Made by a program: the position numbers and the translations under genes. From the NCBI GenBank assembly GCA_963708045.1, contig OY970181.1, forward strand, positions 707,740-771,739: 64,000 bases of DNA. Reading direction: 5' to 3'. The DNA is from an uncultured bacterium (GTDB taxonomy: Bacteria; Patescibacteriota; Patescibacteriia; CAIQCM01). Positions within the stretch are counted from its first letter, which is position 1. Every line of letters starts with the position of its first letter. Of the stretch, positions 45,514 to 55,361 are shown piece by piece. Under the pieces are notes generated by a model. It saw only the letters and a list, made by a program, of their open reading frames with translations, was not told where the DNA came from and ran no database searches.

Positions 45514-46590
45514 ATGGGACTTTTTGGAATCGGGAAAATAAAAACCTTTCTTGGAGTGGATATCGGTACGGCTGGCGCGAAGATTATTCAACTTAAGGAA
45601 GAAAACGGTAGGTGCAAACTTCATACCTACGCTTTTTTTGATCGCCCGCTTAAAGATACCGCCCAAAGCCTTGTGGAAGCGCCTGATTATACGATTGCAA
45701 GCTTAAAGGAAATGATCAAACGGGCAAAATGCACGGCGGCAAAAGCGGTCGTTAGTTTGCCGATTTCTTCGGTTTTTATGTCGGTTTTAAGCATTCCGCG
45801 TCTTAATGAAAAAGAACAGCGCGGCGCGATTGAAGTTCAGGCGAGAAAAATTATCCCCATCCCGCTTGAAGAAATGATTTTGGACATTAAAAATATCGTA
45901 AATCCGGAAGATGAAAAAAAGCCAAAATCAGAACTTTCTAAAAATACCAAAATTCTCCTTACCGCGGCGCCAAAAAAACTTGTCGCTAAGTATATGGCCA
46001 TACTTAAGGGTGCAGGTTTGGAAATTGGGTCAATAGAACCCGAAGCCTTTTCTTTAATTAGATCGCTTGTTGGCAAAGATCGTTCCACCTCAATGATTAT
46101 TGACATTGGCGCGTTGCGCACATCGGTAATGGTTGTTGCTGAGGGGATTCCATATCTTACGCGTTCAATTGACGCTGGTGGAAATCGGTTTACAAAAGCG
46201 GCCGCTGTTTCGCTTAATGTTTCCGAAGAAGAAGCTGACTTAATGAAAGCGGATTTGCGGCCAGACCCAACGCTCCCACCGGGGAGCGTGGCTAAAGTGT
46301 TTGAAACGCCAGCAATGCAAATTGTTAACGAAATCGCTTTCTCATTAAAACTTTTTTCCGGATTAGCGGAAGCTCAAGGGAAAACGATTGATAAGATTAT
46401 TCTTACCGGCGGTGGTTCGCTTTTGCCGAATCTTGACGCTTTTATATCGGCAAAAGTAAATTTACGCGTTTTTCGCGGTGATCCTTGGGCACGAATTTTG
46501 TATCCCGACGCGGCACGCTCGGCGCTTGATGATATCGGTCCTCGTTTTTCCGTCGCCGTTGGTTTGGCGATGCGTGAATTTGATCAATAA
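45514..46590 (+). CDS. pilM: Type IV pilus assembly protein PilM
   Basis: Actin-like ATPase fold motifs (LGVDIGTAGAKIIQL, ILTGGGSLLPNL). Confidence 0.85.
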   Translation: MGLFGIGKIKTFLGVDIGTAGAKIIQLKEENGRCKLHTYAFFDRPLKDTAQSLVEAPDYTIASLKEMIKRAKCTAAKAVVSLPISSVFMSVLSIPRLNEKEQRGAIEVQARKIIPIPLEEMILDIKNIVNPEDEKKPKSELSKNTKILLTAAPKKLVAKYMAILKGAGLEIGSIEPEAFSLIRSLVGKDRSTSMIIDIGALRTSVMVVAEGIPYLTRSIDAGGNRFTKAAAVSLNVSEEEADLMKADLRPDPTLPPGSVAKVFETPAMQIVNEIAFSLKLFSGLAEAQGKTIDKIILTGGGSLLPNLDAFISAKVNLRVFRGDPWARILYPDAARSALDDIGPRFSVAVGLAMREFDQ

Positions 46591-46592
46591 AA

Positions 46593-47198
46593 ATGGCAAA
46601 TGAAAAAGAAAATTTGATCGGCAATGCGATGGATAAGGTTGGTTTTAAGGTTTCGCTGATGCCAAAAGAAACGAAAGCGCCGAGTCCAAAAGCGCGCCTT
46701 CGTTTGTTCTATATAATTTTCTTTGCTGGTCTTGCGCTTGTGGTGGTTGTCTCGGCAATTTTGTGGGCGATAGTTTTTTTACGGCAGTCAAAAATTACCG
46801 CGGCGAATAATAATCTCGCGGCGATCAATCAAAAAATCTCCGATCTTAACTCATCTTTTGAAACCGCAAAAAAAGAACAAGCAACGCTAACGACGCTCGC
46901 GGGAATTATAGAAAATCATATCTACTCCTCAAATATTTTTGATTGGCTTCAAACTGATACTTTGCCGCAGGTTTCTTGGGGGAATTTAAATTTTACTTCT
47001 GGTGGCAGTTTTTCTCTTACGGGTACGGCATCTACTTATGAAATGTTTGTCGCGCAAGTTGAAACAATAAAAAACGACCCGCTCGTAACCGCAGTGTCGT
47101 TTTCTGGTGTTAATGGAGATTTTGACGAAAATAAGGTTATGAAGGGTGTTAATTTTAATTTAAGCGTTAGCTTAAAACCGGATTATCTAAAAAAATAG
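46593..47198 (+). CDS. pilN: Type IV pilus assembly protein PilN-like
   Basis: Single TM + coiled coil, position after pilM. Confidence 0.7.
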   Translation: MANEKENLIGNAMDKVGFKVSLMPKETKAPSPKARLRLFYIIFFAGLALVVVVSAILWAIVFLRQSKITAANNNLAAINQKISDLNSSFETAKKEQATLTTLAGIIENHIYSSNIFDWLQTDTLPQVSWGNLNFTSGGSFSLTGTASTYEMFVAQVETIKNDPLVTAVSFSGVNGDFDENKVMKGVNFNLSVSLKPDYLKK

Positions 47199-47206
47199 TT
47201 CTACAA

Positions 47207-47803
47207 ATGGCTACTGACACTACTCCAATAAATAAAAAAACCGAGCTTTCTTCAATCGGCAAAACGCTCGCACAACACCCCGCGCTTTACGCATTTTTTT
47301 TGGTATTTATTATTGCCGCTGGTGCATTTTTTGTCCTGATCGTGCCAGCCGTTCGGTCGCTTCAAAGCGGCGGTTCCTCGTCCTTAAGCGATCTAAATAT
47401 TAAAATTACTGATGCCCAAGCACGGTTTGATTACGAAAATAAAATTGTTACAGCAATAACTTCTCTTTCCGACGCTGATCGTGCAAGAATAAAATACGCC
47501 CTACCTTCTGAACCGGACACGCTTGGTCTGCTTTTGCAAATTGCGGCAATTGTGAAATCGGCTGGGAGTATGGTTCCGAGTATTGATTTTAGTTTGGCGA
47601 GCGATACGGCGGTTGAAGAACTTGGCGGTAACGTTGGGGCGGTAGAAACATCAATAAACGTGAGTGGAATGGACTACGAAAAATTTAAAATTCTACTTAA
47701 TGCTATTCAGAACAACTTGCGCATTATTGATATTAAAAATTTTGTTTTTTCGGCAACGGGTGATTCGGTTTCACTAAATTTGCGGACATACTACCAGAAA
47801 TAA
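47207..47803 (+). CDS. pilO: Type IV pilus assembly protein PilO-like
   Basis: Single TM, synteny pilM-pilN-pilO. Confidence 0.65.
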   Translation: MATDTTPINKKTELSSIGKTLAQHPALYAFFLVFIIAAGAFFVLIVPAVRSLQSGGSSSLSDLNIKITDAQARFDYENKIVTAITSLSDADRARIKYALPSEPDTLGLLLQIAAIVKSAGSMVPSIDFSLASDTAVEELGGNVGAVETSINVSGMDYEKFKILLNAIQNNLRIIDIKNFVFSATGDSVSLNLRTYYQK

Positions 47804-47806
47804 AAC

Positions 47807-48136
47807 TTGTTTATGAATCGTACCCAAATACTATACGGAATCTTGTCACTAATAGCCGTTGTTGCGATCGGCTACTTTGCGTTTAGTTATCTTGCACCGC
47901 AAGGCGCTTCAATTCCTGGGATGATGGAAATCAAACCAGCGGATATTAGTTTTGTAAAAAGTGATAAATTTTCTTCGTTAAAAAGTTATGTTGATTTACC
48001 GATTAAAGCAACTGAAGTTGGTTGGCCGCTACCATTTCAATCAATTTACGATCGTGGTTTGCCTGGAATCTACGTAATGCCTAAAGAAACGACCGATAAC
48101 GAGTCTGCGAACAATGCTAATACTCCGAAACCGTAA
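47807..48136 (+). CDS. Small membrane-anchored hypothetical protein in pilus operon (PilP-position)
   Basis: TM helix ILYGILSLIAVVAIGYFAF; between pilO and pilB. Confidence 0.45.
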   Translation: MFMNRTQILYGILSLIAVVAIGYFAFSYLAPQGASIPGMMEIKPADISFVKSDKFSSLKSYVDLPIKATEVGWPLPFQSIYDRGLPGIYVMPKETTDNESANNANTPKP

Positions 48137-48145
48137 TGAACGTCA

Positions 48146-49906
48146 ATGCCGACAACAACCCCAACAACAACCCTAACTCCGGACGAACAGCTCTTGGAAA
48201 CGCTTCGTGCCGATGGAATTCTTACGGCCGATATCGTTGCCCGCGTTATTGACGAATCCAAAAAAAGCGATATTGATGCCGAGGAAATAATTCGTCGTGA
48301 TCGGCTCGCTAACGAAGAGGACGTCGCCAAGGCTAAGGGAAAAATTTTAAACATTGAATTTTTTGATCTAACAGGGAAAGTTATTCCTGTTAACGCTCTT
48401 TCAATTATTCCCGAACAAACGGCTGAAAGTTTTAGCGTTATCCCGATCGCTGTTGATGGGAATGTTCTGGAAGTTGGAATGGTGAACCCGTCGGACTATC
48501 GGGCGATTGAATCGGTAGAATTTTGCGCTCGCGGCAATGGCCTGGGTGTCATCTATAAGATTATTTCGCCTCGCGCTTGGCGCACGGCAATGCGCGCTTA
48601 TGAACTTGCAGGAAAAGAGGTTGCTCACGCCGTTGCCGTTGCTACGGAAAAATTTAAACCGACGGAAACGGAAAAACCAGCCGAGTCAAACAACCTTGAC
48701 CAAGTTGTTAAAGGGGCACCGGTTTCTAGAATCGTTTCGGTTATTTTAAAATCGGCCGTTGACCAAAATGCGTCCGATATTCATATAGAACCGTTTGGTA
48801 ATATTACGCGCGTTCGTTTTCGCGTTGACGGTATGCTTAAAGCGGCTTTAACGTTACCCCTCTTTCTTCATCCGGCGATTGTGTCACGCATTAAAGTTCT
48901 TTCAGGACTAAAATTAGACGAAACGCGCATTCCGCAGGACGGTCGTATTAGACAAATTGTTTCCGGACGCACGCTTGACTTTCGCGTTTCCACAATGCCG
49001 GTTGTTGATTATGAAAAAGTCGTGATGCGAATTCTCTCGGCCGGCGACGAAAATACGCCGACGCTTGAGGCACTTGGCTTTAGAAAAGAATCTATTGACG
49101 TTTGGAAAGAGCAAATCAAGCATCCACACGGACTTTTTCTTGTGACTGGTCCGACTGGTTGTGGTAAATCAACCACGCTCTACACGGTTCTTTCAATGCG
49201 CAACGAAGAAGGTGTTAATATCGTGACCTTGGAAGATCCAATTGAATACTACATTAAAGGCGCAAACCAATCGCAAATCCGTCCGGAAATTAATTATAGT
49301 TTTGCAACCGGTCTTCGGGCGATTTTGCGTCAAGATCCGAACATTATTATGGTCGGTGAAATTCGTGACCGGGAAACGGCCGAACTCGCCGTCCATGCCG
49401 CCTTAACCGGTCACTTGATTTTTTCAACCTTGCACACCAACGACGCTTTTGGTGTCATTCCCCGTCTGATTGATATCGGTGTTGAGCCGTTTTTGCTCGC
49501 CGCGACTTTGAATGTTACGATTGCTCAGCGTTTGGCACGAAGAATCTGCGAACATTGTCGCGTTCCGTTTGAACTATCAACCGAGGCACGCGAGTACTTG
49601 TTAACAGAGCTCAACCGTATTCCGAAAAAATATCTCGTTGGCCGCGATCTTGACAATATGGTTGTTTATCATGGGCCGGGCTGTCAGCGCTGTAATGGCA
49701 CCGGTTATATTGGTCGCGTCGCCGTTTCCGAATATCTGCTCGTTAACGACCGGATGCGTAAAATTATTGAAGACGGTTTTCCAATTGATGAAGCGCGCAA
49801 CGAGGCGATTGCTCAGGAAATGTTGAACCTAAAACAGGATGGCGTTTTAAAAATTCTTGACGGCCAGACGACGCTTGAAGAAGTGATGAGAATCACCAAA
49901 GAATAA
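48146..49906 (+). CDS. pilB: Type IV pilus assembly ATPase PilB (GspE family)
   Basis: N-terminal T2SSE_N domain, Walker A GPTGCGKSTTLY, Asp box, His box, tetracysteine CEHC...CQRC. Confidence 0.9.
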   Translation: MPTTTPTTTLTPDEQLLETLRADGILTADIVARVIDESKKSDIDAEEIIRRDRLANEEDVAKAKGKILNIEFFDLTGKVIPVNALSIIPEQTAESFSVIPIAVDGNVLEVGMVNPSDYRAIESVEFCARGNGLGVIYKIISPRAWRTAMRAYELAGKEVAHAVAVATEKFKPTETEKPAESNNLDQVVKGAPVSRIVSVILKSAVDQNASDIHIEPFGNITRVRFRVDGMLKAALTLPLFLHPAIVSRIKVLSGLKLDETRIPQDGRIRQIVSGRTLDFRVSTMPVVDYEKVVMRILSAGDENTPTLEALGFRKESIDVWKEQIKHPHGLFLVTGPTGCGKSTTLYTVLSMRNEEGVNIVTLEDPIEYYIKGANQSQIRPEINYSFATGLRAILRQDPNIIMVGEIRDRETAELAVHAALTGHLIFSTLHTNDAFGVIPRLIDIGVEPFLLAATLNVTIAQRLARRICEHCRVPFELSTEAREYLLTELNRIPKKYLVGRDLDNMVVYHGPGCQRCNGTGYIGRVAVSEYLLVNDRMRKIIEDGFPIDEARNEAIAQEMLNLKQDGVLKILDGQTTLEEVMRITKE

Positions 49907-49910
49907 ATTT

Positions 49911-51122
49911 ATGCCAGAATTTGTATACAAAGCGCAAGAAAGCGGCGGCGAAATCGCTGAGGGTATTGTTGAGGCCGAAAACGCCAACGAAGCAACAAAC
50001 ATTCTTTCGGATAAAGGATTGAACGTTATTTCGTTAATCGCGCGCGAAACAAAAACAACCATTGACCAACCGCTTCAACTTTTTGTCCGCGTCAAATTGC
50101 GCGATATTGTTATTTTTTCACGACAATTTGCCGTCCTTGTTGCGGCTAACGTGGCGGTTGTTGAATCGCTTCGGATTGTTGCTCGTCAGACGACCAACAG
50201 CAAACTGAGAATGGTTTTGGGCGAAGTCGCCGACGAAGTTGAATCGGGAACAAAACTTTCGGCGGCTTTTGGCAAGCGCGACAAAATTTTCTCGCTGTTT
50301 TACGTTAATATGATTCGTTCGGGTGAGACGTCGGGAAGATTAGATGAAGTTTTGTCGTATCTTGCCGACCAAATGGAAAAAGATTTTGATCTCACTTCTC
50401 GGGTTAAAGGATCAATGTATTATCCGGCCTTTATCATTGCCGGTATGTTTATCGCCGGTTTTGTAATGATGTCGTTTGTGATTCCAAAACTAACTGAAAT
50501 TTTTACCGAAACTGGCGGACAATTGCCTTTTTCAACACGCGCGCTGATCGCTGTTTCTGGATTTTTTAGTACTTTTTGGTGGGCGATGGCCATTGTTTTT
50601 ATCGGTGGGGCGGCTTGGGTTGGTTGGTGGTTTCGTACGGAGCGGGGGAGTCGCGTTTGGGGTTATATTTCTATTAGAATGCCGATTTTTGGACAGATTT
50701 TTCAAAAGCTTGCTGTTGTTAGAGTACTTCGCAGTATGAAAACCTTGCTTGAAGGTGGTGTGGACACAGTCACGGCGCTAGAAATTTCCGCCGATGTTTC
50801 GGGTAATGCACTGCTTAAGGATATTTTGCTAAAAGCTTCAAGGGATGTTCGTGATGGCCAGCCTTTTTCCGTCGCGCTTGCCAAAGAAACAAAAGTCGTC
50901 CCGATTATGGTTTCGCAAATGATTGCGGTCGGCGAAGACACAGGAAAACTGACGGAAATTATTGAACGATTGGCTTTATTTTATTCGCGCGAAATTGATA
51001 ACTTAATCGGCGGCCTCGTGACGCTGATTGAGCCGGTAATTATTGTCATCATCGGAATCGTTGTCGGTATATTGGTTTCGGCGATTATGCTTCCGCTCTA
51101 TAATATGTCGCAACAATTCTGA
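49911..51122 (+). CDS. pilC: Type IV pilus platform protein PilC (GspF family)
   Basis: Two GspF repeats, 3 TM segments. Confidence 0.9.
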   Translation: MPEFVYKAQESGGEIAEGIVEAENANEATNILSDKGLNVISLIARETKTTIDQPLQLFVRVKLRDIVIFSRQFAVLVAANVAVVESLRIVARQTTNSKLRMVLGEVADEVESGTKLSAAFGKRDKIFSLFYVNMIRSGETSGRLDEVLSYLADQMEKDFDLTSRVKGSMYYPAFIIAGMFIAGFVMMSFVIPKLTEIFTETGGQLPFSTRALIAVSGFFSTFWWAMAIVFIGGAAWVGWWFRTERGSRVWGYISIRMPIFGQIFQKLAVVRVLRSMKTLLEGGVDTVTALEISADVSGNALLKDILLKASRDVRDGQPFSVALAKETKVVPIMVSQMIAVGEDTGKLTEIIERLALFYSREIDNLIGGLVTLIEPVIIVIIGIVVGILVSAIMLPLYNMSQQF

Positions 51123-51250
51123 CGTATGTACCATGAACCACACACCATGAACCATATGTAATTTGGTATGCGGTACATGTTTCATGTTTTATGGTACATG
51201 GTACATGGTGCGTGGTACATGGGATATGGTGTGTGGTATAATGTGTGTAC
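51123..51250. repeat. Intergenic heptamer-unit inverted repeat, family 1 (largest copy, ~128 nt)
   Basis: gtaccatgaaccacacaccatgaaccat ... atggtacatggtacatggtgcgtggtacatgggatatggtgtgtggtat; right arm ~7 tandem (A/G)TGGT(A/G)C units. Confidence 0.85.
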
Positions 51251-51344
51251 AAATCAAAGAGCTTGCTGTTTTTTCTTCGTGTTGATCCAGCTGGAAACAC
51301 GATTTAAAGAATCCAAGCGAAGATTTTTGAAGGGAGGTATATGC

Positions 51345-51833
51345 ATGATTAAAACTAAAAAAGGCTTTACCCTCGTAGAACTCTTGGTCGTTATCGCGAT
51401 CATCGGTATGCTTTCAACGATCGCTGTTGTTTCGCTCGGTGGCGCGCGCGCCAAAGCTCGTGACGCTAAGCGTATTGCTGATATGCGGCAAGTCGGTGCG
51501 GCGCTTGAACTTTATTACTCCGATCAGAGCGCTTACCCTGTTTACAGCACCGGTAACGGTGCGACGCTAAACGCAATGTGTATTAGCTCAACAAACGGCG
51601 TCGCGGCAACTTGTGCCGGTACGTCATATATGACCACCGTTCCAACTTATCCTGGTGGAACAATTGACGCCTGTGCGGCAACCGCAGTAAGAAATTATTG
51701 TATGGTTAGCACGGCTTCGGCTTATACGATTAAGTATTTGCTTGAATCTGGTACCTCATATCCTGGTGGCGCTGCGGCTTCAACCCATTGTGTTATGACC
51801 GCCGGCGGAACGACTTGCGATTCTTCTAGCTAA
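51345..51833 (+). CDS. Type IV pilin (probable major pilin)
   Basis: GGGAGG RBS 7 nt upstream; MIKTKKG|FTLVELLVVIAIIGMLSTIAVVSLGGARAKARDAKRIADMRQ; located directly after pilC and before pilD. Confidence 0.8.
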   Translation: MIKTKKGFTLVELLVVIAIIGMLSTIAVVSLGGARAKARDAKRIADMRQVGAALELYYSDQSAYPVYSTGNGATLNAMCISSTNGVAATCAGTSYMTTVPTYPGGTIDACAATAVRNYCMVSTASAYTIKYLLESGTSYPGGAAASTHCVMTAGGTTCDSSS

Positions 51834-51880
51834 TCTCTCAAACTCTGTAAAAACAAAGAACGTCGTGGTATAATTAATTT

Positions 51881-52654
51881 ATGATCACGGCGTTTTTTGT
51901 TTTTATTTTAGGCGCTTGCACGGGAAGTTTTCTCTCGGTGATTTTGTATCGGACAAGAACAAACGAGTCTTTTTGCGTTGGTCGTTCAAAATGCCCCAAG
52001 TGTTCGCACGTTCTTGGTGTTTTTGATTTAATTCCGCTTTTAAGCTGGCTTATTTCCGGCGGCAAATGTCGTTATTGTAAAAAATCAGTCAGTTGGCAAT
52101 ACCCAGCTATAGAATTCGCAATGGGGCTTTGTTTTGCGTTAGTGTTGTATTTTCAGCGTCCGGATTTTTTTATTTTCAATCTTAATGAATGGATTGGTTT
52201 TATTGCCGCACTAGTTTTGGTTTCGGTTTTTGCGCTCATCTTTGTTTATGACGCGCGCTGGGGCGAAGTGCCAGATATATTTTCGCTTGTGGCGATTGCC
52301 GTTGGGCTTGCGGCGAATATTTTTATTGACCCGCATAATTTTTGGAAGTATCTTTTGGCGGTTCTTATTGGTGCTGGTTTTTTTGCCCTTCAATATTTTG
52401 TGAGCAAAGGAATGTGGATTGGTTCTGGTGATATTTTAATCGGCGCGGCAATCGGCGCGGCAACTGGGCTTTGGGGTTTGGCAATTGCTCTTTTTATCGC
52501 TTATAACACTGGGCTTGTCGCAACGATTATTCTTTTGCTGACAAAAAAGAAAACCCTTAAGTCAACGATCCCGCTTGGACCGTTTTTGGCATTTGGCGCG
52601 GCGGTGGTTATTATTATGAAATTAAGCGGTAGACTATTAGGATTTTATGGTTAG
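51881..52654 (+). CDS. pilD: Prepilin peptidase PilD (A24 family)
   Basis: N-terminal CPKC...CRYC zinc site, polytopic membrane domain with conserved Asp region. Confidence 0.85.
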   Translation: MITAFFVFILGACTGSFLSVILYRTRTNESFCVGRSKCPKCSHVLGVFDLIPLLSWLISGGKCRYCKKSVSWQYPAIEFAMGLCFALVLYFQRPDFFIFNLNEWIGFIAALVLVSVFALIFVYDARWGEVPDIFSLVAIAVGLAANIFIDPHNFWKYLLAVLIGAGFFALQYFVSKGMWIGSGDILIGAAIGAATGLWGLAIALFIAYNTGLVATIILLLTKKKTLKSTIPLGPFLAFGAAVVIIMKLSGRLLGFYG

Positions 52655-53249
52655 AAAGGCTTTCACAGTTGTTGAAGTGTTGGTTATGACGACGGTTTTT
52701 GTGGTGATCGCCGCAACGGCGCTTGCTAATTTTACGTTTACGGGTGGGGGAGCGCGATTACGCAACGCGGCCAATGAATTAGCAGCTAATATTAAAAGGG
52801 CGCAAACTTTGGCGTATGTAAATTTAAGTTTGCCGATTTGTTCGGATTTTAAGGTTTGCGGTTCGGGTTCATCTTGCGACGCTGGAATGCCGACGGGTTG
52901 CACGGATACGCCAATTCTAAGCTACGGCGTTGCCCTAAACGTCGGGAGTGATTCCAAAACCTATGTTATTTTTGCCGACGCAAATTATAACGGTGTTTAT
53001 GATGCTGGCGAAGCTATTTCTGGTGGGACAAAAAAGCTTCCATCGGGCGTAACGTTTACATCAATCACGCCTCCGGCCAATAACCCGCTCATTTTTTCCT
53101 ATAATGCCGGTAATACCGCGCCCTTTGTTTATTGCTCGCCGGCGCCAAATTGCACAACTGTGATAACGCTTCGCGCCGACAATGTAACGGTCGTGCGGAA
53201 AATTGAAGTATCGGTTCAGACGGGAAAAATAAATTCTTACGAAGAATAG
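52647..53249 (+). CDS. Minor pilin/pseudopilin
   Basis: MVRKAFTVVEVLVMTTVFVVIAATALA prepilin-like N-terminus. Confidence 0.65.
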   Translation: MVRKAFTVVEVLVMTTVFVVIAATALANFTFTGGGARLRNAANELAANIKRAQTLAYVNLSLPICSDFKVCGSGSSCDAGMPTGCTDTPILSYGVALNVGSDSKTYVIFADANYNGVYDAGEAISGGTKKLPSGVTFTSITPPANNPLIFSYNAGNTAPFVYCSPAPNCTTVITLRADNVTVVRKIEVSVQTGKINSYEE

Positions 53250-53250
53250 T

Positions 53251-53859
53251 ATGTTGTCTACCAAAAGAAAAGGACAAAGTTTGCTTGAGACAATTATTGC
53301 AATGTCAATTCTTATCGTTGGCGTTGTTTCTATGATTTCTATGGTTAGCGCAATGCTTATTGCGCGGACGGCGGCGGAGTATGAAACTGTTGCCACCAAC
53401 CTGGCGCGCGAGGGGATAGAGGTTGCTCGTAATGCTCGTGACAGTAATTGGATGAAAAATGTTCCTTTTGATCAGGGAATTTTTAATTCAAAAATTAGTT
53501 GTCTTTCTTTTGAACCAACCAATACCGACGGTAATCATCCAAACGGCTGGCGTTTGACCGTAGATGATTTGGCCTATAGTCATAAGGCGATTTATAGGTA
53601 TACAACTGGTCCTTATGCGGGTTTTTATACCCAAATTTGTACTGGTGAAACTGCAAAATGGGCGACTGCGTCAACGCTTTTTAATAGGCAACTATTGCTT
53701 CAGGATATTTGTTTAAACGGCGATATTAGGCCTGGTGACGACCCTTGTCCTGCTGGTACCTCTGTGGGAATTCAAGTACTCAGTCAGGTTGGCTGGACAG
53801 AGCGTGGTCGCTTAAACCACAAGGTATGGTTATATGAAAATATTTATGATTGGCGGTAA
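53251..53859 (+). CDS. Minor pilin/pseudopilin (PilV-like)
   Basis: KGQSLLETIIAMSILIVGVVSMISMV prepilin-like N-terminus. Confidence 0.65.
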   Translation: MLSTKRKGQSLLETIIAMSILIVGVVSMISMVSAMLIARTAAEYETVATNLAREGIEVARNARDSNWMKNVPFDQGIFNSKISCLSFEPTNTDGNHPNGWRLTVDDLAYSHKAIYRYTTGPYAGFYTQICTGETAKWATASTLFNRQLLLQDICLNGDIRPGDDPCPAGTSVGIQVLSQVGWTERGRLNHKVWLYENIYDWR

Positions 53860-54478
53860 TAATCGGCGCACCACAAAAAAAAGAAAAGCCTTTACCGTAA
53901 TAGAAGCGGTAGTGGTGCTTGCGATTTTTTCAATTCTCGTTGTTTCGTTTTCCGAAATTTACATACGGACGTCACAAAGCGCCTTACAAACAGCTAATCG
54001 CGCTCGTGTGCAGGCCGATGCGCGAACAATGCTTGAGTCTGTTGTCCGTGCTGCCCGCGTTTCTAATATTGACTACGCGACTTACGCCGCGAATGGTGTT
54101 GCAATTGCCAATATGCAGCCAGTTAGCGAGCTTAATCTGGTAAACCCCGACGCCAATACTGCTTATCAAATAAAACTATTTTCAACCGACGTCTTTTGTG
54201 GCAACGCCAACAGTAATCCTTGCCTTGCGGTTTCAACCGATGGTGGTGTTTCTTGGTCAAAACTTTCTCCACTTAACGCTAAAATTATAAAGTTCACGGT
54301 TGTTTTATCACCAGCAACGGATCCTTTTGTGCTTGATCCGTCTACTGGTACCTATGCGAATGATGTGGCGCCGTTAATCACGGTTAATTTGGGATTACAG
54401 GGTTACGCCCTAAGAGATATTGATAAATGGACTTATTCGGTGCAAACAACAATAACACCGCGTTATTATAAACGTTAA
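53834..54478 (+). CDS. Minor pilin/pseudopilin (PilW-like)
   Basis: KAFTVIEAVVVLAIFSILVVSF prepilin-like N-terminus; 26-nt overlap with upstream gene. Confidence 0.6.
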   Translation: MKIFMIGGNNRRTTKKRKAFTVIEAVVVLAIFSILVVSFSEIYIRTSQSALQTANRARVQADARTMLESVVRAARVSNIDYATYAANGVAIANMQPVSELNLVNPDANTAYQIKLFSTDVFCGNANSNPCLAVSTDGGVSWSKLSPLNAKIIKFTVVLSPATDPFVLDPSTGTYANDVAPLITVNLGLQGYALRDIDKWTYSVQTTITPRYYKR

Positions 54479-54479
54479 T

Positions 54480-55355
54480 ATGAAACGCCGATCAAGCACT
54501 GTCCTCCTTGCTATCCTCACCCTTTCCACACTCGTTGTTGCGGCGGTTTCGGTTTCGGAAATTGTCCGCACCGAACTTTTGATTTCACGGAGTATTGATT
54601 ACGTAACCGTCGCAACTTATGCTGCCGAGTCGGGTCTTGAATATAATGCTTGGAAACTTCGCAAAGATCCAACAACAACCATCGCTAGTATTAATAATAC
54701 CGTCTCTCCTATTTTAAACGGTACGTCTTGGTCGCTTAAGGCGAGTGGGGCGAGCCCTGGGCTTTTTGTGGCAACGTTAAATCCGAACGAACTTGTTTCG
54801 TTTAGCGCCTATGACCCGGATAATCCGACCTTGGGTGGCGGCAAACAATCAATAAAAATCTTGCGCGACAATACCAAGACAGTCGCAAATTATACTTATT
54901 TTACTTCACAAATATTGGATCTTGCCTTTACTTATTTTGTGCCTGGCTCGGGGACGATCGCGCCGCCGACGAACAATAATGTTACTTCGTCAAAATATGG
55001 CTGGTATGCAACTGGCGGTGGCGGCGCAACCGATCAGACAATTGTTAACAATAGTATTAACTCTGGACAAATTTTTAATTTCACCTTAAAAAATTATTGC
55101 ACCACCTCATCTTGTGGTGTTTATCCGCCGTTTACCGTTCAGCTTTGTTCTTTGCCCAATGGCGGCGGGGTTTGTGATATACCCGGCCGCGCCTACCTAA
55201 CCTCCACGGGCGTTTACAAGGGGATTCGTCGTGTTTTAATTATGGATATGCCGCGTATTTCCGGACCGTCCGGTCTTTGGTCGCACTCGTTATTTTCTGA
55301 GTGTCAGCTTATTAAAGATCCAAATCAGCCATCGCCACCGTGTACAGGTTCGTAA
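54480..55355 (+). CDS. Pilus-associated protein (PilX-like N-terminal TM)
   Basis: SSTVLLAILTLSTLVVAAVSVSEIVRTELLISRS N-terminus; last gene of pilus block. Confidence 0.5.
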   Translation: MKRRSSTVLLAILTLSTLVVAAVSVSEIVRTELLISRSIDYVTVATYAAESGLEYNAWKLRKDPTTTIASINNTVSPILNGTSWSLKASGASPGLFVATLNPNELVSFSAYDPDNPTLGGGKQSIKILRDNTKTVANYTYFTSQILDLAFTYFVPGSGTIAPPTNNNVTSSKYGWYATGGGGATDQTIVNNSINSGQIFNFTLKNYCTTSSCGVYPPFTVQLCSLPNGGGVCDIPGRAYLTSTGVYKGIRRVLIMDMPRISGPSGLWSHSLFSECQLIKDPNQPSPPCTGS

Positions 55356-55361
55356 AATGTT

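Noticed and set aside
51168-51344. N-terminal extension of major pilin ORF through the heptamer repeat (W/Y/M/H-rich peptide)
   Set aside because: Periodic translation of the ATGGTAC repeat; a strong GGGAGG RBS precedes the ATG at 51345, which begins the canonical prepilin leader.
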